Shown here: piece after piece, positions 1-15,454 of the stretch
Position numbering within the stretch: the first letter of the stretch is position 1
Layout of the letters: each line of letters begins with the position of its first letter
Assembly: GCA_964016885.1 (NCBI GenBank)
Contig: OZ024741.1
Span: 100,192,001-100,256,000 of the forward strand
Source of the DNA: Eledone cirrhosa
Taxonomy: Eukaryota
DNA: 64,000 nt
Direction: 5' to 3'
The notes under the pieces: generated by a model
Database searches by the model: none
Seen by the model: only the letters and a program-made list of their open reading frames with translations
Told to the model about the DNA's origin: nothing
Position numbers and translations under genes: made by a program

Positions 1-217
1 CTTTTAGATACAATATATTTTTGAAAATAGATGAAGTGAGTATGACAGGTACGTATTCGATCGACAGGATTACGGTCGTCTTCGGACTAATCAACAACTC
101 CCAGGCAAAAACACATGATACCTTATGGATCGTTTGACCTAATAGAAATCACACCCTTACTCATGTGTCTGCAGTGTCACTATCACCTCCGCCTCTTTCT
201 CTCTCTCTCCATTTCTT

Positions 218-337
<120 letters not shown>

Positions 338-429
338 CATATATATATATACGTTTGTATTTGTAAAGCCAAAACAATGCAGGTATGGATATTGAATATA
401 AATGCAAATGAAAAAGATATTGTTGACAA

Positions 430-1135
430 TTAGTCTTTTAAATTTATTTAAATATCCTTAATTTTCGAGATAATATCTCTTCTTCGTTGGGAAGTAAAGT
501 GGTTAAACGAGCGTTCTAAATACCTTGCCAAGTCATGCTGACAGGAAATGGTATAGCGAATATGTTCTATCTCTAATGTCAAATAGTGAAGGTTAGGTGG
601 ATAAAGAGTAGTCTCCCTTTAAAAGGGGTTTTTGTACATGTATGGTTAAGTGTGTGGGAGAATACCTGAAGTTGTATGTGTGTGTGTGTAGGGGGTGGGG
701 GGTGAGAATATATGCCTATACGTAAATGTAGGGGATAGATGCTCCATCGTGTTAAAACTGGTCTTTGTGTGTGTATGTGTGTGTATGAGAGAGAATAAAT
801 GGTGTAAGCGTTTGTGTGTGTGTGTGTGCGTTTGCGCGTGTGTGAGATGGGGGAGGGAGGTGTAAGTATGGGGCTAGGTGCTCTATCAAGTTATACATTG
901 GGTGTTGAGTTCTAATCTATTATTGATTGGTGGTTGTGTTTTGTCTATAATCAGTGCTTCCTTAGTTCTAAGATTGCCGAGGTTTCTTTCCTTAGGTTCT
1001 ATCCTAACTCTTATGTTTTTGTCGGTGTTTTTGAATTTCACTAGGTGTTTCTTAAATGAGGAAGCGTTAGTATTGAGGTGTTCTTTTATTCTTATGAGAA
1101 GTGGTCTGGTGGTGCTACCTACGTAGAAGTTGCTC

Positions 1136-1140
<5 letters not shown>
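430..1140 (-). mobile_element. 5'-truncated Penelope-like element 3' end (GIY-YIG endonuclease fragment, 886-1140) plus 3' non-coding tail
   Basis: ORF 886-1140 reads FYVGSTTRPLLIRIKEHL...KEALIIDKTQPPINNR, matching the YIG-T/R..EH and EAL.I...P..N motifs of PLE GIY-YIG. Abuts (TA)n. Confidence 0.7.
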
Positions 1141-1203
<63 letters not shown>

Positions 1204-1245
1204 AGAAAACGAAAAATCATTGATGAATCTGGACTTAGTTTATTT

Positions 1246-1336
1246 CGTGTTACAAATGTTTCGTCGGCATGTAACTCGAGTCATGGTCCTTGTATGGATC
1301 TGGATGATTCTACTTCTGCGGGTTCTTTCAGACACG
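1246..1336 (-). ncRNA. Decayed hammerhead-like motif with long stem II
   Basis: Minus strand: CGTGT-CTGAAAGA-(~60 nt)-GAAAC-ATTT-GTA-ACACG. Perfect 5-bp stem I, one extra base in the core, degraded stem II. Same downstream tail (TGATTTTTCGTTTTC) as the 12283 and 16752 motifs. Confidence 0.45.
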
Positions 1337-1964
1337 GGTGTTATGATCGGAGCAAATTTTATCACAGGGGTGTTGTCATCGAAACAACACCCTCAAAAAA
1401 CCCTCTTTCCACTCTTATCATGGCATTGGCTGTTTTAACTCCACGTCATCACAAGTTCTGGTCAGTATCTGCTGCCACACGGTTCATCAACCATTTTCCG
1501 TCCGACACATTTCAATGGAGTCATGCTGGGTTCAGTACTTTACACGTCTGCTCACACTTCAGGGTAAGCACCCACACATACTAGAATAAACACATAATAA
1601 CACATGCATATTCAGACACATAAATATCTATGCATTCACACTCGTACGTCTACATCGCCACATACATACATCGCAGTATATACACTCACACACCCTCTCT
1701 CCCTCACTCCCATGGACCCAGTCACACACACTTGTTAATACATGCCGCCACGAGCCTTCTGACTGTTCTGTATCAATTGGGTAAGCATGGCCTATTCAAA
1801 CGTACACATATATACATACACATACGCGCACACACACATACGGCCAACCTTCTATACATTTAAATATATATATATATATATATACACACGCTCATACATA
1901 CGCATATATACATACACACATACATTCACATACATACATTCACATACATACATATACACACCTG

Positions 1965-2070
<106 letters not shown>

Positions 2071-2085
2071 TACATATACACATAT

Positions 2086-4374
<2,289 letters not shown>

Positions 4375-4377
4375 TAT

Positions 4378-5217
4378 CCGGGTAAATTTTTCAATCATAT
4401 TTTATTATTTGTTTGACCCGAATAGCTTGCTCGCTTCTCTGGCTTTGCTGTTAATGGTTTAACCATCGGCTCAGTGTGTTTGGCCTTTTAACGTGAGTTT
4501 ATTGCTCTAGTTCACTCGTTTCTATTGAGCGCTTGCCACACATCTCGGAAGTTGTTTTTTCGCTAATTTCCTATAGTCGAAATTCGATTCTCGCTAATTT
4601 TTATTTGTATTAATCTCCAGAGTCTAGCTATTAACCAATTAATTTTTTGGTTTTTTTTAGTTAATTCTATTGACTGATTAATAGCTTATGTTAATTTTAA
4701 AATCTATTCTGTCGAGAGCTTAATTCGTTTTGTGATATTTTGCAATCTTGCAATAACCACACATACTGAATTCATCCGCCAAAACTAGGGGTTCTCTCCC
4801 TTCTAAGATCGCACGTGGGTTTAGATAACGATCAGTTCCTTAGCTCTGCATATAACAAAATGCCTGTTGAAAAAGTGACTTCCTTGTTCGATCCTCATTC
4901 CAAAAGCTTAGCATTATTTGTTTAAGGACAGTACTGGATTTAGGAATTGCAGAAACCCCATATTGGATTTTACCACCGTTTCCAGAAGGTCCGAGTAAAT
5001 TTTTCAATCATATTTTATTATTTATTTGACCCGAATAGCTTACTCGTTTCTATGGCTTTGCGGTTAATGGTTTAACCATCGGCTCAGTGTGTTTGGCCTT
5101 TTAACGTGAGTTTATTGCTCTAGTTCACTCGTTTCTATTGAGCGCTTGCCACACATTTCGGTGGTTGTTTTTCGCTAATTTCCCATAGCCGAAATGCGAT
5201 TCTCGCTAATTTATATT

Positions 5218-5221
<4 letters not shown>
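4378..5221. repeat. Terminally redundant non-coding repeat (direct repeats ~4378-4610 and ~4991-5221)
   Basis: About 230-bp direct repeats ~613 bp apart between two (TA)n tracts. A diverged relative (GAAATGCGATTCTCGCTAA..TTTGTA) lies at ~39320-39880. Confidence 0.7.
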
Positions 5222-5253
<32 letters not shown>

Positions 5254-5337
5254 AAAGGTAAACAGTAATAACAACACAATCGGTACAGTATATGGAAGGT
5301 ATATATTAGGTTAACGCTTGATGTAGCAGGAAGAGGG

Positions 5338-5373
5338 TCTTAACGTTTCGGACGCTAGTCCTTCATCAGAAGA
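5338..5373 (-). ncRNA. Minimal type I hammerhead ribozyme motif
   Basis: Minus strand: TCTT-CTGATGA-A-GGAC-TAGC-GTCC-GAAAC-GTT-AAGA. 4-bp stem I, 4-bp stem II, palindromic ACGT stem III, GUU cleavage triplet. Confidence 0.75.
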
Positions 5374-5475
5374 AGGAATGAGAAATAAGTAGATTGAGGG
5401 GACGGGCGGGATGGAAATGGAAAACATTTCTTTAGATAAAAATAACAGGTCCAGTCATGTTGACATCTCTTGCAG

Positions 5476-5534
<59 letters not shown>

Positions 5535-5737
5535 TATTATGATGTCATTTTAAGCACAAATAATCTAGTAGACACTGGGGAAGCACAGAAGGATGTATGC
5601 CATTGATCAGGCATCTCTTCGATCAAGGTGCAAATAAGTGCATCACAAGTAACGAGAAACGAATCTCCAAACTCTCATCCAATTAGCTTGTAACCTAATA
5701 AAGATTGAGTTCTTTTTTCTTTCACTGCTACAACAAT

Positions 5738-5805
<68 letters not shown>

Positions 5806-5806
5806 G

Positions 5807-5871
<65 letters not shown>

Positions 5872-5918
5872 ATAATAATAATAATAATAATAACAATAAT
5901 AATAATAATAATAATAAT
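5738..5918. repeat. (TAC)n(TAA)n compound microsatellite
   Basis: Directly visible; source of the poly-S/V/I pseudo-ORFs. Confidence 0.95.
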
Positions 5919-6098
5919 TGTTTCTACTTTAGGCACAAGGCCAGCAATCACCCAGTGCATTACTGGTACTTTATTTTATCGACCCCATAAGGACGAAAGG
6001 CAAAGTCAACCTCGGCGGGATTTGAACTCAGATCGTAAAGGGACGTAACTATGCTGGAAAGCATGGCGTCCGACCCTCCACCGATACTGCCAATCCAC
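5919..6098 (-). mobile_element. tRNA-derived SINE (family A)
   Basis: A-box-like TGGCAGTATCGG, B-box GAGTTCAAATCC, conserved body GCCTTTCRTCCTTAYGGGGTCGATAAAATAAAGTACC, 3' end GTAGAAACA followed by (ATT)n. Confidence 0.85.
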
Positions 6099-6099
6099 A

Positions 6100-6368
6100 G
6101 GAATGATACCTAAGGGGTCTAATGATTACTTATCGCAAATCCAAGGAAACCCGCGTATAGGAGAGATACAAAAGATAGTACTAATGGGAACTGCCTATAT
6201 ACTAAGAAGATTCTGTCAATATAAGTACATCACAAGTCAAAACACCTAAAGATGCATGTGTGAGTATGTATGTTCTTTCTTGAACATGGTGGACCTTGTT
6301 GTATCTTGAGGTCACTGGTTGTGACTTGGTGATAACTCGTATGTTCATAAAGCAAGATAAATGCAGCT

Positions 6369-6370
<2 letters not shown>
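6100..6370 (+). mobile_element. R4/Dong-like LINE, extreme 3' fragment
   Basis: Near-identical to 7643-7912 (RLE C-terminus and 3' UTR). Ends in (TAA)n. Confidence 0.8.
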
Positions 6371-6423
<53 letters not shown>

Positions 6424-6426
<3 letters not shown>

Positions 6427-7912
6427 CTTACAAATATCTAGGTGTTTGTGAAGGAGACGGAATCAAGCACTCGACAATGATGGAAAGGATAAGGAAGGAA
6501 TGTTACCGCCGAATAAGAGCAATCTTAAGAACGGAATTGAATGCAAGGAATAGGATCGATGCCATAAACACGCTTGCCATACCAGTAGTAACCTACAGTT
6601 ACAATGTCATCAACTGGTCAAGCACAGAGATCCGTAGGCTCGATACAAAAATTCGAAAATTCTTAACCATGCACAGAATGCATCACCCTAAGGCAGATAT
6701 AGATAGAATATATCTCCCTAGGAAAGAAGGAGGACGTGGGTTAATCCAGTTAGACATTGCGTTGAAAACTGCAACAATTGGATTATCTACATATCTAAGG
6801 GAATCACATGATTGGATGATCAAACTCGTTTTGAAACACGAAAGCATCAAAAGATCATATTCCATTACAAAAGATGCACAAAGATACAGTAATGGACTAC
6901 ACATTTCAGAAGTCCCATTTACTGCTGAAATGGAAAACACAGAAAAAGCAAAGCAGGTAAAAGTAACTGCAAAGAAAGAACTGCTACAGAAACTGGCTAA
7001 GAAATGGCAAGAAAAGCCTCTGTATGGAAAATACCCAGAGCGAGCTAACAATCCTGATGTTGACAAAACTTTAACCCATCAGTGGTTGGCATCCTCTGGA
7101 CTGAAATCGGAGACTGAAGGACTGATTATATCGGCACAAGATCAATGTCTGCCAACAAAAATTACCAAGCCAACATAATAAAAAATGGGTGCAGCCCATT
7201 ATGCCGTGTATGCAAAAAACAACCAGAGACCATTGACCATATAATTTCAATGTGCAGTCCTATAGCTCCAACCGAATACCTAAACAGGCATGACAGAGCT
7301 GCACAATACATACATTGGATAATGTGTAAGCATTTTGACCTGCCTCATCAAAAGAATTGGTGGGAGCATCAACCACCTGCCATACTTGAAAAAGATCACA
7401 TCTCAATCTTGTGGAACTTTAGCATCCAAACAGACCGAAAAATAGATGCAAACAGACCTGATATAATATTGAAAGACTTTCAAAAGAGGGTATGCCTGCT
7501 AATTGATATGTCTGTTCCAATAGACAAGAATGTATCTATAAAAACATTTGAAAAATTGAGCAAGTATAAGGACCTGGAGATAGAAATTGGAAAAATGTGG
7601 AAATTGAGAACTAAAACAATACCAGTGGTTGTAGGCGCTCTGGGAATGATACCTAAGGGGGCTAATGATTACTTATCGCAAATCCCAGGAAACCCGCGTA
7701 TAGGAGAAATACAAAAGATAGTACTAATGGGAACTGCCCATATACTAAGGAAGATTCTGTCAATATAAGTACATCACAAGTCTAAACACTAAAGATGCAT
7801 GTGTGAATATGTATGTTCTTTCTTGAACATGGCGGACCTTGTTGTCTCTTGAGGTCACTGGTTGTGACTTGGTGATAACTCGTATGAACATAAAGCAATA
7901 TAAATGCAACTG
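6424..7912 (+). mobile_element. 5'-truncated R4/Dong-clade non-LTR retrotransposon (RT thumb, CCHC knuckle, restriction-like endonuclease)
   Basis: YKYLG; RIYLPRKEGGRGL; CRVC..ETIDHIISMC; RPDI...IDMSVP...K.SKYKDL..E; VVGALG. Single frameshift in the A-run at 7157-7161, stop at 7768. (TAA)n on both sides. Confidence 0.85.
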
Positions 7913-7932
7913 TAATAATAATAATAATAATA

Positions 7933-9345
7933 AATTGAGCAGAAGCAACGGAATCCAGGTACCAACAGGTGAGTTGATAAAGGAAATTGACACTGAAGAA
8001 GGATACAAATATTTAGGCAGATGACATCAAGAACAAAAAAAATGAAGGAATTTATAAGATCTGAGTACATTAGGAGAGTAAGGAGCGTATTAAAATCACA
8101 TCTAAATAGTAGGAATGTCATAAGTGCAGTGAATTCCCGAGCTGTGTCTATTATTAGGTACAGTGCGGGAATTCTGAAATGGAATGTTGCTGAACAAGAA
8201 GAAATAGATAGGAAGACTAGGAAGCTATTGACTATCTACATGTTCCATAAGATGAGTGATGTCGATAGACTCTACTTAAAGAGATATGAAAGTTGAAGAG
8301 GACTTACAGCATAGAGGACTGTGTTCAGATGGAGAAAAACAACCTGCACAAATACGTGACCGACAGTAGGGAGCCAATTGGATGAGAGTTTGGAGATTCG
8401 TTTGGAGATCTCCAAACTATCATCTAATAGAATTGTACTGAAGGAAAGAACAATAGACCAGGGGATGTCCAAGGAGGAAATATCAACAAGGAGGAAGAGC
8501 AACCTTCATGAAAAATCCCTTCATAGTACCTTCTTTGAGAAAACTGAATTTAGAGATCCACAGACATGGAACTGGTTAAAAAGAGGAGACCTTAAAAGGC
8601 TACAGAAGGAATGCTAATTGTTGCGCAAGAGCAGGCACTCAAAACTAAGTGGATGCAACACCATATTTACAAGGAGGAAGCTAACCCACTGTGTAGGGTG
8701 TGTGGAGAGAGAGAGGAGACTGTGGCTCACATTTTATCCGAGTGTAAACACCTAGCCCAGGCTCACTATAAAGGCTGGAGACATGATGTGATGAGCAGGG
8801 TGATCCACTGGCACCTATACAAAGTAAACAATTTACCACATTCTGAGAAGTGGTATGAACATAAGCCAGAGTCGGTGATAGAAAACGATCAAGTGAAGGT
8901 GCTATGGGATTTTAGAATACAGACGGAGAAGAAACTGGAACACAATAGGCCTGACCAGGTGGTTTTGGACAAGGAAAAAAGATCGTGCCTGATTGCAGAT
9001 GTAGCCTGCCCATTAGACACGAGGGTGCAAGAAAAGGAGAGGAAGAAAATTAAGCGATACCAGGACTTAAAGTGGGAGGTAAAAAGGATTTGGAACTGCC
9101 ATGAAATCGGAGACGTCCCGATTGTCATAGGCGCGCTAGGTACTATCTCAAAGAGTTTCCAAGGATGGTTAAAGAAAGTTAGTCCAGCCCCGCTTTTTGG
9201 AACACTTCAAAAGGCATGCTTGCTGGGAACAGCAAGAACCCTCCGATACGTCCTGAATATCAGAGGCTGCAGGTAGCGGCTTGATATTCATTTCAACAAA
9301 CTTTCCAGTTAAATAACATCAATGACTGAGACTCAAAGAACAACA
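7933..9345 (+). mobile_element. Second, diverged 5'-truncated R4/Dong-clade LINE (decayed)
   Basis: GYKYLG; CRVCGEREETVAHILSEC; WDFRIQT..HNRPD..DVACP..YQDL..E..W; PIVIGALG. Several frameshifts and stops. Begins and ends in (TAA)n. Confidence 0.85.
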
Positions 9346-11262
9346 ATAATAATAATAATAGTAAATCTAATAATATTAATAAAATAATAACAACATCATC
9401 GATTTTAGTGGAGGTTTCCGGCGATTTACTGCTTCACATGCAAATCTAAACCATTGTGTCACAACATATTAATGTACCTATTGGACTAATGATTCATTCC
9501 AAATCGTAAGAAATCATTGTTAGCTTTGCATTTTGTCTCATTTAATATGTCATTTGGCATCATGATAGCTATGATGATGATGATGATTATGTAGTTGATA
9601 ATGATGATGATAATAATAAATATGGTGATGAGAAGATTATGTCGGGAGAGGAGGCAAAGGTTGATGATGAGGCTGAAAGTGAAGATGAAGGTGATGATGA
9701 TACCAAGCATAATATTCAACATTGTTAGCATCATTTTCATCATCATCGTCATGTTTAACTTCCTCTAGCTCATACTCTACCTCGTCTTCACCATCACTTG
9801 TACTATCATTATCAACATCACCATTAGGATTTTCAAGCCACCCTGACTCAGCATCAGTATCAACAACAAAAGGCGAAACATCAGTATCATTATCTACCTT
9901 TTATTGATATTATTTTCATCGTCATCAACATAATAATCATCATCACTTTCTTTACTCATTTTAGATTCAGCATATTTACACCTTTCCTCCTCCACAGAAT
10001 CATTCACCTCATGTACATAACATGCCTCCCCCCCCCTCATCTTTCTCCCCTACATCCCCCCTCCTCCTCCTCCTCATCATCATCATCATTATAATCATCG
10101 TTATTATAATCATCCAAGTAAAAATAATACAATGTGTAATTTGTCACCGTGTACAATGCAACTCGACACAGCCCAAACGTAACTATCGCCTTGTATTGTC
10201 TCTGTGTCCAAGCCCTGCAGTGTATGTATCCCCTCCCTGCTCATACAGGCATTTTCTTCATTTTCTTCATTTATTCATTTATTCCCCCAATGTGTGTTTC
10301 TCTTTACCACTCTCTCTGTAAACCTTGCATCTCATACATGGTTCTCCCTCTTTAATATATTTTCCCAATTCATCCTTTCGTCATCTGAAGTTCAGCCATC
10401 TGCATCACTGGTTCCATTCTTCTTACAATGAGTGAGAGTATGAATCATGCGAGTTTGATCACTATAATCGAGCCGGTTATGACAATATAGAACCTGAAAC
10501 GACAATCATTGTTGAGACATGGTAAATGAAAACCATTATAAATATAACAACGAAACATAAAAAAAACAACTTTACTGCTATTATTTTTAAAACAATACCA
10601 AACATATACATATAAACCGTAGTTGAAAGAATGCAACCAGTTTTTTCGTCATTTAAAATCAATTAGACACTTGAACAGTAACGTTCCAAACGAAATTCTT
10701 AAACTACAAGACATTACAACATTGTTTATTAAGAAAGATTTACTGGAAATATTTTTATATTTTTCTTCTGGTTTCAGACATTATACATCAATGTTCGTGC
10801 GGTGAAGTTTTGATTTTGACAATCATATTGAGCCCAGTCCTTTTTCCAATTCTGGTACATATTCAAAATGTTTATGGAACCGTTAGTTAAGGTATATAAA
10901 CACAAACAGTGACACAGACTGAAATACCACTTTATGAATGTAATATTATACACACACACACACACATATAAGAATAGGATGTTTTCTGATATTATATTTA
11001 TATTTTTCAACATGGATTCCTTTCGCACATTTCGTTTATTTCTTAATACATTTTTATATTTTCTCTAATTCTATTTTGGATTTTATGTTATGGAATAGGA
11101 ACTAGATTTCTTGTATTCTTCGTCTTTAATCGTTTCGCTGTTTTTTCTTTAATAGATTAGTACATTTTAAAAACTTAATTATGCTTTGCATTTGAGTATG
11201 TATATATTAAAATTAGGATTGGTGATCTGAAATAGCGATGTATACATGAATATACGTATAGT

Positions 11263-11457
11263 ATATTTGGCAATATACTGTATGCTTATTTAAAAACATT
11301 TTGAAGAGCTTGCGCTATTATTTTAAAGTAGTGACTATGTCACTTAGTTCTTTTTTCAACAAACGAAGGGAGATAAGTGATATAGTCACTACTTTAAAAT
11401 AATAGCGCAAGTTCTTCAAAATGTTTTTAATTAAGCATACAGCATATTGCCATATAT
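11263..11457. repeat. Long inverted repeat (~83-bp arms, 27-nt spacer)
   Basis: 11263-11346 is the near-perfect reverse complement of 11374-11457. A diverged single arm is at ~27615-27690. Confidence 0.85.
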
Positions 11458-11469
11458 TAAGTTTATTTG

Positions 11470-11649
11470 GTGGCTTGGCAGTATCGGTAGAGGGTCGGCG
11501 GCCATGCTTTCCGGCATAGTTACGTCCCTTTGCGGTCTGAGTTCAAATCCCACCGAGGTTAACTTTGCCTTTCATCCTTACGGGGTCGATAAAATAAAGT
11601 ACCAGTAATGCACTGGATAATTGATGGCCTTGTGCCAAAAGTAGAAACA
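11470..11649 (+). mobile_element. SINE family A with 14-bp TSD
   Basis: A/B boxes and conserved body. TSD ATTAAGTTTATTTG at 11456-11469 and 11650-11663. Confidence 0.9.
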
Positions 11650-12204
11650 ATTAAGTTTATTTGAAACTTGGACATCCCGATGCGTGACATCTCATCATCT
11701 TATGGGAATTGATTGAGGGTTTATGTTCAAGGGAATACGTGAGAGGGTGGAGCAAGGCCTAGTACGTTACGGGGCTGTAGTCGTGATATCTATTTTATAT
11801 AGAAACTGCGTAAATTGAAACGGCTGCAACTTGAAAATGTCCCACTCCTCCATACTCATTTTTAGAGCAGGTTTGGGGCTGTGATACATGGATGATGTCT
11901 GCGGTAGGTATTATGGGGTATGTCTTATGTCTAATATTGAGATCCAGTTCATGATTGCCTCAGTTTTTAAAATGTAATTTTTAAGAGTTTGGAATCCGAC
12001 GGTCTTTTCCACTAGATGCTTTGTTTATTGTTGTCTTTTATTTCCGAGTGTATTATTTATGTATACTACATTAGATAATTGCTTGCGTTTCTTCTAAATA
12101 TGTATATAGTGTATATGTGTGTGAGTGTATGTATATCTAGGGTAATTATATATGGTGAATAGACTGGTTGGAGCTATAGCGGTCTTGTTTACGTATACAC
12201 ACAT

Positions 12205-12258
<54 letters not shown>

Positions 12259-12282
12259 AAGATATGCCCCGAAATCAATAGA

Positions 12283-12373
12283 GGTATCCGAGGAACTTGT
12301 GAATCCAGAGTCAGGTCGATCCCCACAGAGATCGCACCTCGAGCTGTTCGCCGGGGAAACAATTGTAACATAC
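12283..12373 (+). ncRNA. Decayed long-stem-II hammerhead-like motif
   Basis: CCGAGGA (12288)-61 nt-GAAAC-AATT-GTA with palindromic ACAATTGT. Homologous to 16752-16846. Confidence 0.45.
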
Positions 12374-12408
12374 AATAAATTGAGTTATGATGCATCACTG
12401 ATTTTTCG

Positions 12409-12477
<69 letters not shown>

Positions 12478-12492
12478 ATATATATAATATAT

Positions 12493-12591
<99 letters not shown>

Positions 12592-12659
12592 TATAAAAAA
12601 AAGAGACGCTTTTAAAATGTACATTGTTTATTTATTATATAATAACCCTTTGACGTGTG

Positions 12660-13150
12660 CGTGGGTGTTCTGGTAATAAGGTGAAGCGTATGTTGGATTG
12701 TAGGGGTGTGATGAATAAGTCTAAAGGAAGGACGTTGGAGAATTTAGAACATTTCAGCTCCATATCTGGTGAAAAAAATAACAGTGCGCTGTTCATGTAT
12801 TAGGCGTGTGTCAGGGACACCATAGCACGATAAGGTCACAGACAGTCAGGTTGTAGGTTGAGGTCTCCGGCGAAGCCGAAAAGTCGGGTGACCGTTTGTC
12901 TAGCCAGTCTGCCCGATGTAGCCTGTTCCGCATAGAAGACGACGAGGCACGTAGTCAAAGGTGGTACAGCGGAAAGAATCTTGGTCTCAGAAGGATTAGC
13001 CGTTGTGTCCACAGAGAGTGGTTGTGTTGTTGATGTAATTGCAAATGGGTCTGTAGCAGCGGCGAGATGCGGAAGAGGAATTGGAGGGTGGAAGGGAGCT
13101 ACGGGCGAGGAGGCATCGGAGGTTGGTACGCGCTTGAAAGAAAGGTCCTT
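12660..13150 (-). pseudogene. Decayed PLE GIY-YIG remnant
   Basis: A minus-strand frame around 12900-12970 reads FRCTT...LCGTGYIGQTG*. Otherwise disrupted. Confidence 0.5.
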
Positions 13151-13848
13151 TTTTAAGATGGATAGACAAAAACTGAAGAGAATCAAATAAAATGATATAA
13201 AATAAATTATGATGATTCTAAAAATTATTTAAAATGAATGAAAATAAAATAAAATAAAAATGTAAATAAAAACTACATAAAATACATATGAAATGTGGAA
13301 AGATGTTTAATGCAAGTGATGAGGTGAATATGGTAAATATAAAATAAAAAGGATGGAGGATAAACTATATAACATATAATATATAATATACAAGATTGAG
13401 AATGGACTTTATAAAAGTAGTGGCTTAAATTTACATTGTCTGTAACACAGGATACAACAATACACAAAGTGCAAATAAAAGTAAAAGCTCTCCTTCCATA
13501 CGAATACCTCTTTCCAAAGCACATTAGAAGATATAATTTCGTTTTCGACGGGAAGATAACAATGAATAACGAAATTACAAACCTTATCCCATTCCTATAG
13601 AAGTAACTTCTCCGAATATAACATGTAGTTGGATTTAAAAGGAAGACTGTAAAAATTCACTCTCTATTTCTCAACCCACCAACAAGCAAATATAAAAAAA
13701 AGACTATAAACTCCATCCTCCGTCGTGAATATTATATATTACATTATTATCTTCTATGTTGTATAAAGCTGAGTGAACTGGTGCAATGTGAAATAGATTG
13801 TCTTGCTAAAGAACAAAAAACATCGTCAGGCCGAGAGAATGCCTGCCT

Positions 13849-13937
<89 letters not shown>

Positions 13938-13969
13938 AGCACACACACACACACACAGCACACACACAT

Positions 13970-14013
<44 letters not shown>

Positions 14014-14979
14014 TTCGTTTCTGAATTTGTTGAGCAAGATTCTTTATCTGAAAATGTGTGTTGAAACCGATATTGTTATACTTTGGGAGGGTCATGTTGC
14101 CAATAAGAAACACATGCGCCAGTTGCTTTCACTTCAATATATTATAAAATTCCGGTTGGTTGGTTGGTTCCACAACTTAAACGAAATATTAAGATGGTGC
14201 AAAGACCAGGTACCGCCATAAAAACACTTATTAGTAATACATACCCTTTTCAAAGATATAGATAGGAAATGTAAAATCTGTAAACTAAGCCCACATATTA
14301 ACTGTAAAACTAGAAACATAGTATATAGCATAATATGTACTGAGGGACAATGTATCGATAAGAATATAATGTACATAGGTGAGACAGCTCGTAGCATAGG
14401 AGAACGATTAAATGAACACTGGCGAGAACTTAAAGATAGAAAAGACTCATCTTTACTCCACCAACATGCTAAAATAGAACATAAGGGAAAATTAGAGAAC
14501 ATAGAAATAAAAATAGAATCTACACATAGAAAAGACGCAATGTTTAGACAAATTACAGAGGCAATAAACATAAATGAACTCCAACCAAAATTAAATAGAA
14601 AACATGAATGGAATAGCAACATCACAACTTACAATTAATGACAAAATGAAAACACACACACATAGAACAAACAACTAACTAGTAACAGATAAATAAATAA
14701 ATAAACAAATAAAAACACACACAAACACCCGGATGTAACACATGCGCAAACTAAGCACACACATCACACACAAAGGAGAGAACAAAGGAGAGGCACAAAG
14801 CAAAGAAAATAATCCCGTCACTGAAGAAGTGTGACGAAAGAACTTTGACAATATATGAACAACCAACCGTCCGGTTGTGGAACCAACCAATCAACCGGAA
14901 ATCTATAATAAATTTAAGTGAAAGCAACTGGTGCGTGTGATTCTTATTGGCAACAAGACCCTCCCAAAGTATAACAATA
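14014..14979 (+). mobile_element. 5'-truncated Penelope-like element (family B) with inverted pseudo-LTR ends
   Basis: Reading frame ending at 14638: CKICKLSPHINCKTRNIVYSIIC...YIGETARSIGERLNEH...HQH..ITEAINI..QPKLNRK. Inverted repeats ~14071-14177 and ~14874-14979. Hammerhead remnant with a shortened stem II at 14817-14850. Confidence 0.85.
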
Positions 14980-14987
14980 TATATATA

Positions 14988-15042
<55 letters not shown>

Positions 15043-15063
15043 TGGTTATTGATTAGGCGAGAC

Positions 15064-15170
15064 CCGCTGATGAAGCCGCATAAGTCGATTGTGCATTCTT
15101 GCAAAATATATGCAGACAGATGGTGCAGTGCACCTTACTGCTGCATTACTGCGGCAGAAACTCGAGTCCG
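15064..15170 (+). ncRNA. Hammerhead motif with ~70-nt insertion in stem II
   Basis: CTGATGA (15067)-A-GCCGCA-69 nt-TGCGGC-A-GAAAC-TCGA-GTC (15166-15168). Perfect 6-bp stem II, palindromic ACTCGAGT, weak stem I. Confidence 0.55.
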
Positions 15171-15454
15171 AGAACCTTATAGGCACCCGTTTTACGTGTG
15201 TTGTGTTGAGTCAAATAACTATGTGTATACTCTGGTAATATATCTTACATTGCCCATTGAGTGCGTGGAGATACAACCGGTACTGGCATTGATAAATATG
15301 CTGGGTCCGTCAACCTTTATTATATATATATATAGAGAGAGAGACAGACAGAGACAGACAGAGAGAGAGGGAGAGTAAGGAGTTAACAGAACAGGGATGT
15401 CCAGATCACACCATGGTCTGTCGATTATATATATATGTGAAGGAACGAATCTTA

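Noticed and set aside
452-492. Hammerhead-like motif on the minus strand (AACGAAGA-A-GAGA..TCTC-GAAA); similar traces at ~45-88, ~11665-11705 and ~30225-30262
   Set aside because: Two or more core positions are altered in each, so they are too degenerate to call.
9560-10110. Asp/Glu-rich or Ser/His-rich coding-like sequence
   Set aside because: Degenerate (GAT)n/(CAT)n simple repeats with stops and no splice structure.
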